The notes under the pieces: model-generated | Database searches by the model: none | What the model was told of the DNA's origin: nothing | The model's input: only the letters and a program-made list of their open reading frames with translations | Shown: piece after piece, positions 12,712 to 26,078 of the stretch | Position numbering within the stretch: position 1 is the first letter of the stretch | Layout of the letters: the number at the start of each line of letters is the position of its first letter | NCBI RefSeq assembly: GCF_018977255.1 | Contig: NW_024704742.1 | Coordinates: 62,808,001 to 62,872,000, forward strand | Length of the DNA: 64,000 bases | Origin: Callorhinchus milii | Lineage: Eukaryota | Reading direction: 5' to 3' | Translations under genes and position numbers: made by a program

Positions 12712-13040
12712 GTGGAGTCCTGTAGCTCAGTGGTTAGACCACTCACTTTGCAAGCGAGAGACCAGAGTTCAATTCCAGGCAGGGCGAAACCTTGGGCAAG
12801 TTTCCTTACTCCACACGCCTAATAATAATCCCTCCAAAAAAAAAACAATAATAAATTGGTCATTTTCAATCTACGATTGTTTGTGGGACATTGCTGTGCG
12901 CAATTGGCTGCCGCGTTCGCCCACAAGTATACAGTCAATTCACTTTACAGTGTGATCTGTGAAGCGCTTTGGGACGTCCTCCCGACGTGAAAAGCGCTAT
13001 ATCAAATGCAAGGATTAATATTATTATTATTATTATTATT
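12712..13040 (+). mobile_element. Full-length young tRNA-derived SINE (short subfamily)
   Basis: A box TAGCTCAGTGG, B box GAGTTCAATTCC, CORE-like ccttgggcaag, L2-type 3' stem-loop, (ATT)n tail. Near-identical to 52340-52669. Confidence 0.92.
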
Positions 13041-14194
13041 TATTCAAATCAAAATGTTATTGACAACTTGCTGTGCAATTCCAGCTGGGTCACTATCTAT
13101 TGCCCACATGTACTCTGGCAAAGCCGCACTAAGTGCTGTTGCCTCATATCTTCAGTTAAGTGGAATGGTGTCGAACTCCATTGCTGGGATTGAAGTAGTT
13201 TATAATTTTGCATTGAATGAAAGTCTTAGATCAAAACACCCCACAGGAAAAGTAAATTGCACTTATCGCAAGCATAATGTGTTCAAGAAAACACTAATGT
13301 AGTAAAAGCTTTTTTGCTTTGCACACAAGTCTTTGCGCACAATCTGAAACAATTTGGTTTTAAGTACCAACAGTAAAGACTAACCAAGGGTAGAAAATGT
13401 ATTTGCTTGTGTAAATTAAAACTGTAAAACTGCTTCTTAATTAAGATTGTCATCAGCTAAGAGTACTGCAAGCAGAAAGCACAGATAAATGAGAGTCAAA
13501 CCAAGTTATTACTTCACTATCGTTCTCCCAATTGTCCATACACAGTGAAGTTTACTTTAACTTTCATCCCCACAGAATTAGTTAAAACAATACTATCCAA
13601 TGAAAACTACAGTGGAGATATCGAAAACATGAACTAGTGCTGAACGATAACCGCAGCATGTTGTTTGTAGTAAATCCATCAGTAGAAAGGTGTTGACACC
13701 AATTTAATGGTTGACAGCTACTTTGGGAAGAAAATTGTAACATACAAGATACAAGTGAGATGGTGAGTCAATGTATATTTCACACGACTTACAAATAATG
13801 AATTGGTTATTCCCAACCACCTCTGTAACTTAGAAGTGTTACCAGTTTCACAAATACACTTATCGCTGAGTCATTTTATAGTACTGTACTTTAGGATTAT
13901 TCACAGCTTAAAATTTTCATTTTTAAATTTCTTCCATTGTCATTGAATCTGAATGCAATTTGCAATCTAATTGCAAAATAAGTTACATAGAATTTCATAG
14001 AATGCTGCAGCACAGCCCAACTAGTCTATGTCGACCCTAGCCTCCACTACTGTTCTTTTTCAATACTCCTCTTCCTTATGTATGCATCATGTTTCTTCTT
14101 GAATGCAAATTTACATTTATATAGCACCTTCCATGTCAGGAGGACATCCCAAAACACTTTGGGCACTGGAATTGAGGGGTTTTGAAATTTATTT

Positions 14195-14590
14195 TGAAAT
14201 CCACAATTGTTTGTGGGACACTGCTGTGAGCAATTGGCTGCCGCGTTTCTCCCACAAAATATACAGTCAACTCACTTTATAGTATATTCTGTGAAGCGCT
14301 TTGAGACATCTCAACAACGTGATAAGGCGCTACATCAAATGCAAGGATTAATTTTATTATTGAAAGAAGGGTGGGAGTGAGGCACCTGTGAATAGCGTTC
14401 CAGAGAGTGGCCCTAAAAGCCCGTTCACTGATAGTGGGGCGGATAGAGTGCGGGACATGGAAGAGGCCAGGGTCGGCCGAGCAAAGAGAACTGCCGGGTT
14501 GGTAGGGATGAAGAAGGTGGAGAAGGTTTGTAGAAAAGGGTGGGGCGAGATCAGGGTGGAACTTAAATGTGAGAACAAGAATCTTGTTGC
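14195..14590. mobile_element. SINE 3' half (+, 14195-14358) abutting an L2 fragment (-, 14360-14590)
   Basis: Similarity to the SINE and L2 copies elsewhere in the window. Confidence 0.7.
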
Positions 14591-16589
14591 TACAACCACA
14601 GTTTCCATCAGTGAGTTTTGAATTCTCACCATCCTCTGCGTAAAGAGGTTCCTCCTAAACTCCCTCTTGGACCTGTTGCTTCAGGACCTTGGAAGTCTTC
14701 GCAAAGTAAAAGGCACTATACAAATGTAATTTATGCCCTTCATAACTAACATCTAAATATATTTATAAATATACAGAGATCTTAATGGCAGAGCCTCGAG
14801 TGACAGTTCCTGACACAAAAAGTGACCCAAAACTGATTTCAACCATCTCATGAAATGAATAGTGCAGATTATAAACAAGCAAACAAAATTCAAGTTAATA
14901 GAATATGGATTTCAGACCAAGGTTAACAAAATACTGAGGTTCATGCTTGTGATTAATAATGCCAACAAAATCCTTTCCTTTTCTACAGGCTTCCAGTCAT
15001 TCCCAGGTAGTCATTATTCTTTGCAAGATCTGACTCTTTAATAATAATAATAATAATAGTATGTTATCTCCAAGTATGCAAGGGATGATTTTGCGCTAGC
15101 TCTGAATGGATTTCTTAATTAAGAAACCTTAAAGTCCAAGGCATTGACTCACAAGCACACTGCCCCATTCAATTTATTTTCAGACCTGGGTTCTTTCAAG
15201 TCAATTACCTGCACTGATATATTTTTGGTGGTGAAGGATTCATAATTTAGAAATCTGTTATGAAATATCGCAGGATAAGTGTGAAATCTGCTGCCTAATT
15301 AAATTATTTCCTGATCCTCTGAATATCACAATTTTGACCCTAATATGTCTTCTAATAGCTCAGTTCATGACTGTATCAGTCACTTGGATGAACTCCAGTC
15401 CATACCTAAATCCAGAGTGATTTTCCAGAAAATAAAATTTCACAGAGAATAAAGTGGACGGCCATTGCCAGTCACACTCTGGAGTCTGGAGGGGAACTTC
15501 TAGCCTACCTGTCATGCACCCGTAATGATTGCCGTCACAACCTTTCAAATTCTGATACTTTAAATCACGTTGGACAAGACTTACAAATTACAGTAACTTC
15601 CAAAAACGTTCTCAAGCGTAGCTAGAAGCCTTTCCAAGTATGATCTCCTGAATTTGAAAAAGAGGCAATCATATTTTTAATGTTCTATTTTTGCATTAGG
15701 ATTTTCACTTCGAAGATGTAAGCACTCCTACAGTTCACCTCAACAAGATTATGGTTGAGGCAATACAATTTTTTTTGCATGGATCTCCTGAGATCTGCCT
15801 AAAGCTTGCTCTTTCATACTGAACTGACACTTACTAAGCTTCTTTAGAGGTTACAAACTTACAAAAGCCCCATGCTCTGCTGAGCTAAAACCTTGCTGTA
15901 TTAAGGGATGAAGGGAAGATTCTTCTTTGTGGACTTTAAAACATAGCTGGAGCTCTTTCCAGCTCCCTTTTAAAACTCTGTTCTCACTCAAATGATCTCA
16001 GAACTGTATAAACTGGATATTCGTGGGCAAGTTACTCTCTGCAAAATTGGCTGTCACAATCACGTACAAAATACATGGTCACTACACTTTACTTTAATTG
16101 CAAGTTGTTGTTGTAATTGTGAAGCGCTTTGAGATGTGCTCCCAATAGTTTTATCAAATTCAAGGATCATTCTTATCATAAATTATGTTTAAAATCATAT
16201 TTCTACACATGAACCAATATTCAGAAGGTTGCAGAGCTGCAACAATTTAGTCGCTGAAAGGTTTCTCCACTGATTTTGATAGGTTTCATTAGATCAGCCC
16301 AAGCATAGCATGGAGTTATTTGATCATTTTGTCAATGAGATTGAGGGAATTATTGATATTTCATTTGAAAATGCGTCACTTACTTTGTCAGCAAGAGTGA
16401 TTTCCTTTTTTTTAAACACAAAATATCCATCTCAAACATAACTTAGCCGTGATTCATTTTATTTGCAAGCTCAAAGCGAGCTCGTAAGTTGTACTTCCAT
16501 CAACTCAATGTTCAGCACTTATAAAGAAGTGCATATCCTTAAATGACCGCCATTAGTTTGGGTTTAGTGGTACCATATTTAGTACCGTA

Positions 16590-17095
16590 ATAATAATAAT
16601 ACTTGTATTTGATCTAGTGCGTTATATTGTCAAGACACCTTAAAGCGCATCACAGACTCTATTGTGAAGTGTGGTGATTGTATTTGCAAACGTGGCAGTC
16701 AATTTGCACAAGGTAATGTCCCACAAACAGCCATGCAGTGAATGACCAATTTTTATCTGGGAATTGTTGGTCAGGAGATCAGGGAAATTCCTTTCTTTTC
16801 TCAATTACTGCCATTAATTGCCACTAGCAGAGTGCCCTTGTTGGAGGTGCCATCCTTCGAATGAAAAGTTATACCAAGGTCCCATCTGCTTGTTCAGGTG
16901 GACTTTAAAGAACCCATGGCACTACTCAAAAGATGAAAGGAGTTTATCCTAATGTCCTGGCCACTCACTTCATGGCTCTGTATAGGCAAATCGGCTGCTT
17001 CATTCACCTACAAATATGCAGTCACTACATTCTACAGTGAATCCTGTGCAACGCTTCAGACATTTCAAGAACATGATAAGGCATTAAATCAAATA
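16590..17095. mobile_element. Two Deu-domain SINE remnants in opposite orientation (- 16590-16812; + 16830-17095)
   Basis: Deu core ggaggtgccatccttcgaatgaaaagttataccaagg...cccatggcacta on the plus strand; reversed 3' half on the left. Confidence 0.7.
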
Positions 17096-19413
17096 AAAAA
17101 AATATTGCTATTTTATATAGCTCATGGTGCAAGTACAAAATCTCAGACCTTTGCTAGACAGTCACCTCTCCTCTAAATCTTTCTTTAGTCTCTTCAAGGC
17201 CAGTCTCAAGACCCTCCTCTTCAATCGTGCCTTCAGTCGCCCTCCCCTCTCTGCCTTCCCTCACCCCTATCCCACCGCTCCCCCATGCTCGGGTCCTGAC
17301 CCCTGACTGTCCAGCGCCTTGGGAAGTCCTCCTGACGTGAAAGGTACTCTATAAATGTAATTTGGTTGTAATTGTTGTTGTCCCGAACAAGTCTGCTTTC
17401 CTCCATCTCTGCAATATCACCCGCCTCTGTTCTGGAACTCTCAGACTGATTTGGATACTCTTAAGCATGGTGATGTGTCAGACACCCAGCCGAACACAAA
17501 AAAGTCCCTCTTTCCACGTCCCTCGGCCTCCCTCTCCTGAGGTGTGGAGATAATACACTGTTAAATGCTTTGGCACTATATAAATATAAATTTGTATGGT
17601 ATTGTAATATAAAAGTGACAAATACTGAGAGCAGTAACGCGCCTCCATTTCACAATGCAAAAGCTACAGTTTGTCACTGATAAAATGATCAAAATAAATC
17701 CAAAATAATAACAAAAATTGTGAAAAATCCATAATAGATCCATCACCATCTGAAAGGTTAGCGTCACAGGTGCGGCACTTAAATTGTCAGATGTTGTATG
17801 TAAATGTCAACCATCTGGTCACTCCAAATTATAATAATATATACAATAATTCTTGCATTTGATATGGCTGATTATGTCGTTGAGACATCTCAAAGCGCTT
17901 CACAGAATATATTGTAAAGTAGATTGACTGTGAATTTTGTGGGCAAAAATACCACAATTGTTGGTATGTGGAAAACCCCACATTATTTAATAATGTATGA
18001 TTTAATGCTTCAAATTGCTTGAAGTAGCAGCAATAAAATGTTACTGCACAGCATTGATTCACAGCCACAGTGTGCTATTTCCATTTCCTGCACCAACTGT
18101 CCTTGGGACCTCTCTGAATGAGATTACGCGTCTGGTTCCAATTGTGCTGAATTACGGCCAGTTTTCGAGCTGTGGTCTCGGGTCCACTAGGAACTGCATA
18201 GAGAAACTCATTACACTCAAGATCTTTATAGCAATCAGGGAGAGGAGCTGTGCAACCCATCAGTCTGGGCTGGATTCACACCCAGTTTACAGAGCAGAAA
18301 GTGCCAGCTCACTCAGCTAGCTAGTAACCCCTTGGTGGTATATTTGATAAGCAACTAAACCAAAAATAAGAGAAGAATCTGAGTGCATTGAAAAAGCGAT
18401 ACAGGGGGTTTCTACCCTTTAAACAAGACTCTAAGGTTTGACTGACCCTTAAAAATGTCACAATGTGATTTTTTTTCCTATTATTGTAGAACCAATTTTT
18501 ATAATTTCTCATAGTGTTTTCAAAATTCTGCTAATACTGACATTTCCCCTGAGCCATTTAGCGCTGTGAAAGCAGACATATTCATAGATAATTTCAGCAC
18601 TTGTCGTCTGAATGTCACCGGGTGCAATTTCTTTGTTTCCAAACCGTGAAATTCTGACATGATGTATTATTTCATGAAATGGCTGGTTATTAGGTCAGGA
18701 ATTAATTCACATGATGTGTGCAGTTTCAGGGACAGACATCAGAGCAAAGATGTTCTAAGTGTGAAAATATTTCATTTTGCAATACGTTTCAGGTAAAATG
18801 TGGAGAGCTTGCTGTTCGAGCTCATCTTTAACGATTATGATGATGATTATTGCAATGGGAACGAAAACCAGAATGTTGTGATTAAAATAGGTACCAGAAA
18901 ATGAGCTCCGGTTGCGATGCATGAAGCCCTTTGATTTCCCTGCGACCTGCTGTAGATTAACTATTCATGGCCTAGAAGTGATTATGGTTTCATACTCAAT
19001 TCTTATGGAGGGCTCCATCCCATATCAACTGAATAGAGTGTTCCCCACTGTGTGTGGGCATTGTACTCACCACCTCATAATATCCTTCTGCTAACAACAC
19101 CATAGACTATGCCATATAAACCAGTTAAATCTGTAAGTAGCTGCAGATGTGATTTAAAAAGGGCATGTTACAAAACAATCTCAATTTGGGTTTGGATAAT
19201 AGAAATCCTTGCATTGGATAAAACACCTATAACATTAAAATATCTCAAAGGGCTTCACAGGGAATTGCTGTACTAGCTGTAATTAATAATAATAATCCTT
19301 GAATTTGATATAGCACCTTATCACGTCTTCAAGACAACTCAAAGCATGTCACAGAATATACTGTAAATTGAATTGATAGTATCATTTGTGGGCTAAACGT
19401 AATTGTAGAGATG

Positions 19414-20155
19414 CAACAACAAAATTACATTTGTATAGCACCTTTCACGTCGGGAGTATGTCCCAAGGCACTGGACAGACAATGTTTCGGACCAGAGCTG
19501 GGGTAGAGATTGGGGAGGAGAGAGGGCAAGGGGAGAAGCAGGGAGATCGAAAGCACGTTCGAAGAGGAGTGTCCTTAGAGGGGTCTTGAAGGAGGCAAGG
19601 AAGGGGATAAGGTGGAGAGATTGCGGGATGGAGTTCTAGAGAGTGGGAGCAGAGTGGCAGAGGTAGGGGGTAGCAAGACCATGGAGGGCTTTGAAGGTGA
19701 GGACCAGGATTTTGAACTGTATCATCTGTGATGGGAAGCCAGTGGAGTCGGCAAGGATGGGGGTGATAGGGTTACGGAGGCTGTTGCAGGAGAGGACACG
19801 GGCTGCAGAGTTCTGGATGTTCTGTAGTCTATAGAAGCAGGAGTTGGGGAGGCTAACAAGCAAGGAGTTTGCCTAGTCAAGCCTCGATGTAATGAAAGCT
19901 TGAATGAGGGTTTTGGCAGCCTGTGGAGTGAGACAATGGCAGAGATGGGCAATGTTGCGGAGGTGGGGGAAGGCAGAGTGGGTCATGGCGCAGATGTGGG
20001 GTAGAAAGGATAGTTGAGAGTCAAACAAGACGCCAAGGTTCTGGACTGGCTTAGTGAGGTGGAGTGTGCAACCATGGATGATGATGCTGTCAGCGCCAGA
20101 GGTGTGGAGGTGCTGATGGGAGCCAATCAGGATAGCCTCGGTCTTGTTGACGTTA
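19414..20155 (-). mobile_element. L2 LINE 3' ~740 bp
   Basis: NVNKTEAILIG...VQNLGVLFDSQLSFLPHI...FITSRLD, then LQNIQNSAARVL...IQFKILVLTFKALHGL, then a (GTT)n tail. Confidence 0.92.
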
Positions 20156-20189
20156 TAAGACAAATCTTATAAGATGCAGCAGGTTATTT

Positions 20190-20390
20190 GAACACAAATG
20201 TCCCACAAACAGCTATGAAGTGAATGACCAATTTTAACTGGGGGATTGTTTGCCAGGACGCTGGGAAAAACACCCTTCGCTTTTTGAACAGTATCACGGA
20301 ATCTTTAATATTGAGACAGAAGGGACCTCGGTTTAATGTGTCATCTGAAAGATGGCACCACAAGCACTGCACTGGAATGTCAACCTTGCC
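20190..20390 (-). mobile_element. Deu-domain SINE fragment
   Basis: Reverse strand reads GGTGCCATCTTTCAGATGACACATTAAACCGAGGTCCC. Confidence 0.75.
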
Positions 20391-23300
20391 TGTGAGCTCA
20401 AAGTCTCATGACAATAAACTTGTGATGAAATCCACCTGGAATGCTTAATGTCATTATTTTAATGTAATCACTTGTTCTTACTTGTTTGCACATAATCTAT
20501 TGAGAAGAACAAAAATAAAATGCTGTCATTTGATTCCACACATGTTCAGGTCAAATCACTCAAAACTAGTAATCAGCAAGGGTGACATTAAATTCAAATA
20601 ATATCAGGAAAATCTCTACATCAAAGAAACTTTTTTCTGTAATTATAAGAAATCATAAATGATAATAATACTTCCATTTGGTATATTGCCTTATCACGTT
20701 ACTGAGACATTGCAAAGCACTTCACAGGATATACTGTAAAGTGGATTCTGTAGCTTGTGAGCCAATGCAGCAGCCAATTTATGCACAGTAATGTCCCACA
20801 AACAGCCATGGATTGGTGAAAAGAACATAAATGCATTTAATTGTGGACAGTGAAGATGATTGGGATAATCAGTGCCTTAGGTTGCCCAACTGATGTGAAA
20901 GGTGCTTTACAAATGTAATTTCGTTGTTTGTTGTTGATAACTTTACACTGACCTGGGAGTTCTGGATGGTCAGTGTAGAAGGAGCTTTACTCTGACTCTT
21001 ATGCGGGATACAGTACAATTAACAACAGGTCTACTAAGTAATCTAATTTAGTGTTTACTCTGTATGTACCTTTCATTTGAAAAAATCTAGAGATTTACCT
21101 CATTTTTGTCTGGGCCCTTGGTCGTTCCTCATAGGTATTGTGAAAATGAGCCTAGCTTCCAACACACAAATCTTTGTTGTGAAGTTTCGAGTAAATTATC
21201 TCCCCCGAAAACAAATCTTATAAATGAGCACAGTGATCTGAATGAATCCTAAGAGCATTACCAAAGGAGATCATAGTGGAAGAGCTGGTAAATATTATAA
21301 TTGGCGATGCTGAGCTAACTCACCTGTGGACAGCAATGATTGCCCTGTGCAGTTTGCCCCGTAGCCTGCTATTCACTCAGTCATCAAAGATGAGCAACTG
21401 TATCTTATTACTGTGGGCAAAGTTCTGAAACGTATTGTATGACCCAGCTGACACACTTTTATCACTCCTATGAACTGGATTTGCATAAATTCACACTAGC
21501 TGCTACATGGACCAGAGGAGGCACAGATAAGCAGGGACATTTGTGGTCTGTTGCTTGCGCAGCTCTGTGGATAACTACTCGTGATGTGAAAGGCTTTTGA
21601 ATCTCAGCAGTATATGTAATTTCATGTAAATGGTCCAACTCTGAAGATGGTGCTGATAATCACCCCATATAAACTGAAGATTCAGCAAAAAATGTGCTGC
21701 AGGCGCCCAAGCTCAATTTAGAGGACAGTCTGTGAAGCAAATCGACAAATTATAATGAGCGTCTCACCACCCTTAGAAAAATGTCCTCTGGGATTTCCTA
21801 TTATGAATACCAATAGAATCATTTCAGATTCATATAGGTTTTCAGTGATAGTCCTACAGGTTAAATTCTAAAATGCACGATTCTGATACGTTTCATTGGG
21901 TCATACCAAAGAATCTATAGGTGGGATTAGGATGCTTGTTATACTTTCTTGAATTTTAAGCATTTTTATTTCTTTTAATGAAAAGATTTGCTGTTATTGA
22001 AGCCAGTTTTCTGTAAATTTCTTGAAGAACTAACAGAAAACAACAACAACAACATGGATTTACATAGCACCTTTCACATAGGATAATGTCTAGGAGTGCT
22101 TCACGGGTTCTGATGCTGAGCAAGAGAGAATGGGGTGGGGTTGGGGGGGTAGAGTCGCCTAGGCTCAGTTGAAAAGGTTTGTTTTAAGGTGGGATTCAAA
22201 AACGAAGAGGGGTGAAGATGGTCGAATAGAAGGTGGTAATTCCAGAGGTTAGTGGCATAGTGACTGAAGACTGATGGTGGTGGGAGGGGGCAGGGAACAC
22301 ACAGCAGGCCTGTGTTAGCTTCAAAGAGAAGACTGAATTCAATAATTTGCCAAGTTCGGACCCCTCTGAAGCGCTACATAAATAGAGTTAATCTAGACCC
22401 TGGTGACATTTTTCCTTCTTGACTCCGAAATACACCCTGAAGCACTGATGACGTTTTTAAAAATAAATTATAGAAAATCATATTGATTTCGGTGGAATCA
22501 TTGATCTGGATAGATTAGACATTATGCTGTGAACAATGTATATATAAAATGCATGGGAACTTGATAAGAAAATAACTCAGACTCAATTTCAGCAGTTATA
22601 TGGTTAATTTTGCCAAATCTGCTTAATGTGCAAATGATTGAAACACCTCTGACAAATAGATTTGGTGACATCGTATGTTAGAACAACTATCCTCTCACCT
22701 CTAAGACCGAGATTAGAAAGCACTATAGACAGAGGGGAAGCCTTTCTCTCATTACTATTAAATATTTTAATAAATGGGTTTCATCTGAGTTCAAGCAATT
22801 ATCATTCATCTCATCTGGCCTCTGATTTCTCCTTAATTGGTTTAATTACTCAGTCACTTAGTCTCGACCAGACACCAGCTAGAGCCTTGTTCCATCTTCA
22901 TGTGAGAGATGCTTTCCGATCACTTAGTATTTCAATAGGAAGCATCCATCCACCTTCCATCTGTGCACTGAAGGTGATTGGCTGTGTATTTGATCTCTCA
23001 CCGCAACAACAATTTCATGCTGTTTGCCTGTAAGAATACAGACGTTCCCCGAAATCTTTCACCCAGCCAGAACAACAGTTCAAAGGATAATTATTGAATC
23101 TTGTTTTACAGGCTTTTCCTTAGAGCATTTAAGGGTAAAAATACTTAGGTCATCTGAAACAGGCATGAAGCCCATAGCAATTGTTTGCTTAAACAATTGG
23201 CAAAAGCAGCAGAACATCTATATATACATGGTAAAGGGAATGCCAATGCTGTGAGTTTTAATATCCTCCAAGCAGCTCATCAGAAAACACAGCCAAGCTT

Positions 23301-23409
23301 CTGGTGAATATATTTTATTAATTACTGGAATGAGACAATCGGACTATAGTAACAGTGGTAAAGTCTAATAATACAGCTGTGCAGGCAATAGAGCAACACC
23401 AAATAAAAA

Positions 23410-23785
23410 TTCTCATATTTGATATAGCGCCTTATCATATTGTTAAAATGTCTCAAAGCGCGTCACAGAATATATTATAAAGTGAATTGACTGTATATTT
23501 TGTAGGTGAATCACGGCAGCCAATTGCACACAACAGTGTCCCACAAACAGTTGTGGATTAAGTGACCAACTCATTATTATTATTTAATTTTTGAAGGGAT
23601 TATTACACAGGAAAAGCGATCCATCAATCAACTAACAACCAGGTTCCTGTTTACTGCTAAGTAAACAAAGTGTGGAGTGCGTGAAGAAAGGCAACTTGCC
23701 AAAAGTTTTGCCCTGGACAGGAATCAAACCCAGGTCCTTTCGTTTGCGAGGCTAGTGCTCTAACCACTAAACTACAGGACTCCAC
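23410..23785 (-). mobile_element. Full-length tRNA-SINE (long form)
   Basis: Head gtggagtcctgtag..., central tgtttacttagcagtaaacaggaacc segment, tail. Confidence 0.85.
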
Positions 23786-24309
23786 AAGGATATACTGTAA
23801 AGTGGAGTGACTATGCCTTTTGGGAAAATGTGGCATCTAATTTGCACACAGCAATGACACACAAGCAGCCATGACATGAATACTAATTTTATTGGGGGAC
23901 ACTGGATGAAACACCCTTCTCTTCAACCCCAGTACTGCATTGGAGTGTCATCTTAGACTATGCGAGTTCTAAGTCCTGACATGGAGCTTAAACCTTCTGA
24001 CTCAACAACAACAACTTGCATTTATGAAGCACGCTTCAAAGGAGTGTTTAACAAGTCTGACACTGAGCTGGAAAGAAAGGGAGGTGACTGAATCCATGAT
24101 CGAAAAGGAAAGTCTTCAGATGTGATTTGAAGATAGGCAAAGAAGGGCAAAATGGAGGGATTAAGGCAGGGAGATTCAGAGATTCAGGCATAGTGGGTAA
24201 AAACATTCGACCAATAGTGGGCGAGGGGACAAGGGGAGTGCAGAAAACCTGATCCACCTGAAGAAAGGTGGCAAATAATGGAGTGGGGCGTGAGAATATC
24301 AGAAAGGTA

Positions 24310-24690
24310 ATAATATATAATAATCCTTGCATTTCATATAGCGCTTTTCATGTCTTCTAGACGTCTCAAAGCGCTTCGCAGAATATACAGTAAAGTCAAT
24401 AGATCAATAGACTTATATTTGTGGGCGAAACGTGGCAGCCAATTGCGCACCGCAGTGTTCCACAAACAATTGTGGATTTAGTGATCAGATTATTACTGTT
24501 TTTTTTTAGGGATTATTATCCCTGGAAAAGCGATCGACCAATCAACTAACAATCGGGTTCCTATTTACTGCTAGGTAAACAAAGGCGTGTGGAGTAAGGA
24601 AACTTTCCCTAAATCCTGCCCTGCCGGGAATCGAATACAGGTCTCTTGCTTGTGAGGCGAGTGCTCTAACCACTGAGCTACAAGACTCCA
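24310..24690 (-). mobile_element. Full-length tRNA-SINE (long form); an L2 fragment lies at 24004-24300
   Basis: A and B boxes, central segment, tail. Confidence 0.88.
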
Positions 24691-25211
24691 AGAAGGGAGA
24701 TTCACTCTACATTTAGAAGCATGAGTACTACAAACTGAGACAGGCTAACACACAAATAAGAACAATGGGTGAGAATAAGAAGGTACAGAAATCTCAGTTG
24801 TTCAACCAAAAGACGTGTTGACATACATAATTCCAGGAGGCAGCTCAATATAATCTGAATCTCTGAATTATTTCTTTACATTTTACCATTTGTGTGCGAA
24901 TGTTAAGAAATTATGTTGACTACGAATATTTACTCTGCATACACCATCAATGCAATCGCTATCAGCCAAGTACAGAGAAAATCTCATTATAGGTCAGGTG
25001 GTCTAATATCTCAACTGCAGCGTGTTAAGCAAGATGTGGAACTTTCGGCTCATCAGGTTACTGCTGACATCAGTTCCTATTTGTTGCACATTGGAAGTAC
25101 TACTAATGTCACTTCCTGTGCTCTGATTGCTGCAGGGCACAGGAAGTGACATCCTATGCACAGGAAAGCAGAGCTGACATTGCTGCCTTTGCAAAGTGAG
25201 GTTAACGGTCA

Positions 25212-25380
25212 TTTAGTCATTTTCAATCTACGACTGTTTGTGGGACATTGCTGTGCGCAATTGGCTGCCGCGTTCGCCCACAAATATACAGTCAATTCAC
25301 TTTACAGTGTGTTCTGTGAAGCGCTTTGGGACGTCCTCCCGACGTGAAAAGCGCTATATAAAATGCAAGGATTATTATTA
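25212..25380 (+). mobile_element. 5'-truncated young SINE with TAACGG target-site duplication
   Basis: TAACGG at 25203-25208 and 25381-25386; body near-identical to the 52340 copy. Confidence 0.88.
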
Positions 25381-25784
25381 TAACGGCACTTCCTGTGCAT
25401 AGCACACACATGCAGGATGGAGGAAATAATATCAATGAAAACCTAATGACCTAGATGTTGGCCTTTTATTAGGGCAGTGCTGGAAGTCAAGTGTACTAAG
25501 CTAACATAGGTTCACAGCAGACCTATGCTATAAATGTACTGAAGGGTGATATAATGGATTCCCATGCCCTGATTGTTTCACTAATGGAAATATTGGGCAT
25601 GATTCTCTGATCGCCGCTAAATGTATTGACTTTGGTAGGAAGTTTTATAACCTGTTGTCCAATGGTTGGTATATACCATCATAAACTCTACCTGCAAGGT
25701 CAATATGTTTCCTGACCAAGCAGAGAATTACAACCAATATTTTTTATCCAGGAGTTAAAATGACTTAACAGGCATTATAATATT

Positions 25785-26078
25785 ATAATAATATAATAAT
25801 AATCCTTGCATTTGATATAGCGCTTTTCACGTCTTCTCGACATCTCAAAGCGCTTCACGGGATAGACTGTAAAGTGAATTGACCGTATATTTGCGGGCGA
25901 AACGCAGCAGCCAATTGCACACAGCAGTGTCCCACAAACAGTCGTGAATTGAAAATGACTAATTTATTATTGTTTTGTTTTGGAGGGAAACTTGCCCAAG
26001 GTTTCGCCCTGCCTGGAATTGAACCCAGGTGTCTCGCTTGCAAGACAAGTACTCTACCCACTGAGCTACAGGACTCCA
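25785..26078 (-). mobile_element. tRNA-SINE (short form with an additional internal deletion)
   Basis: Head, tail and A/B boxes present. Confidence 0.88.

Noticed and set aside
12712..12785. tRNA genes at SINE heads (also 52340, 26078, 60430)
   Set aside because: A and B boxes are present, but each continues into the SINE body and tail and lacks a proper acceptor stem and terminator.
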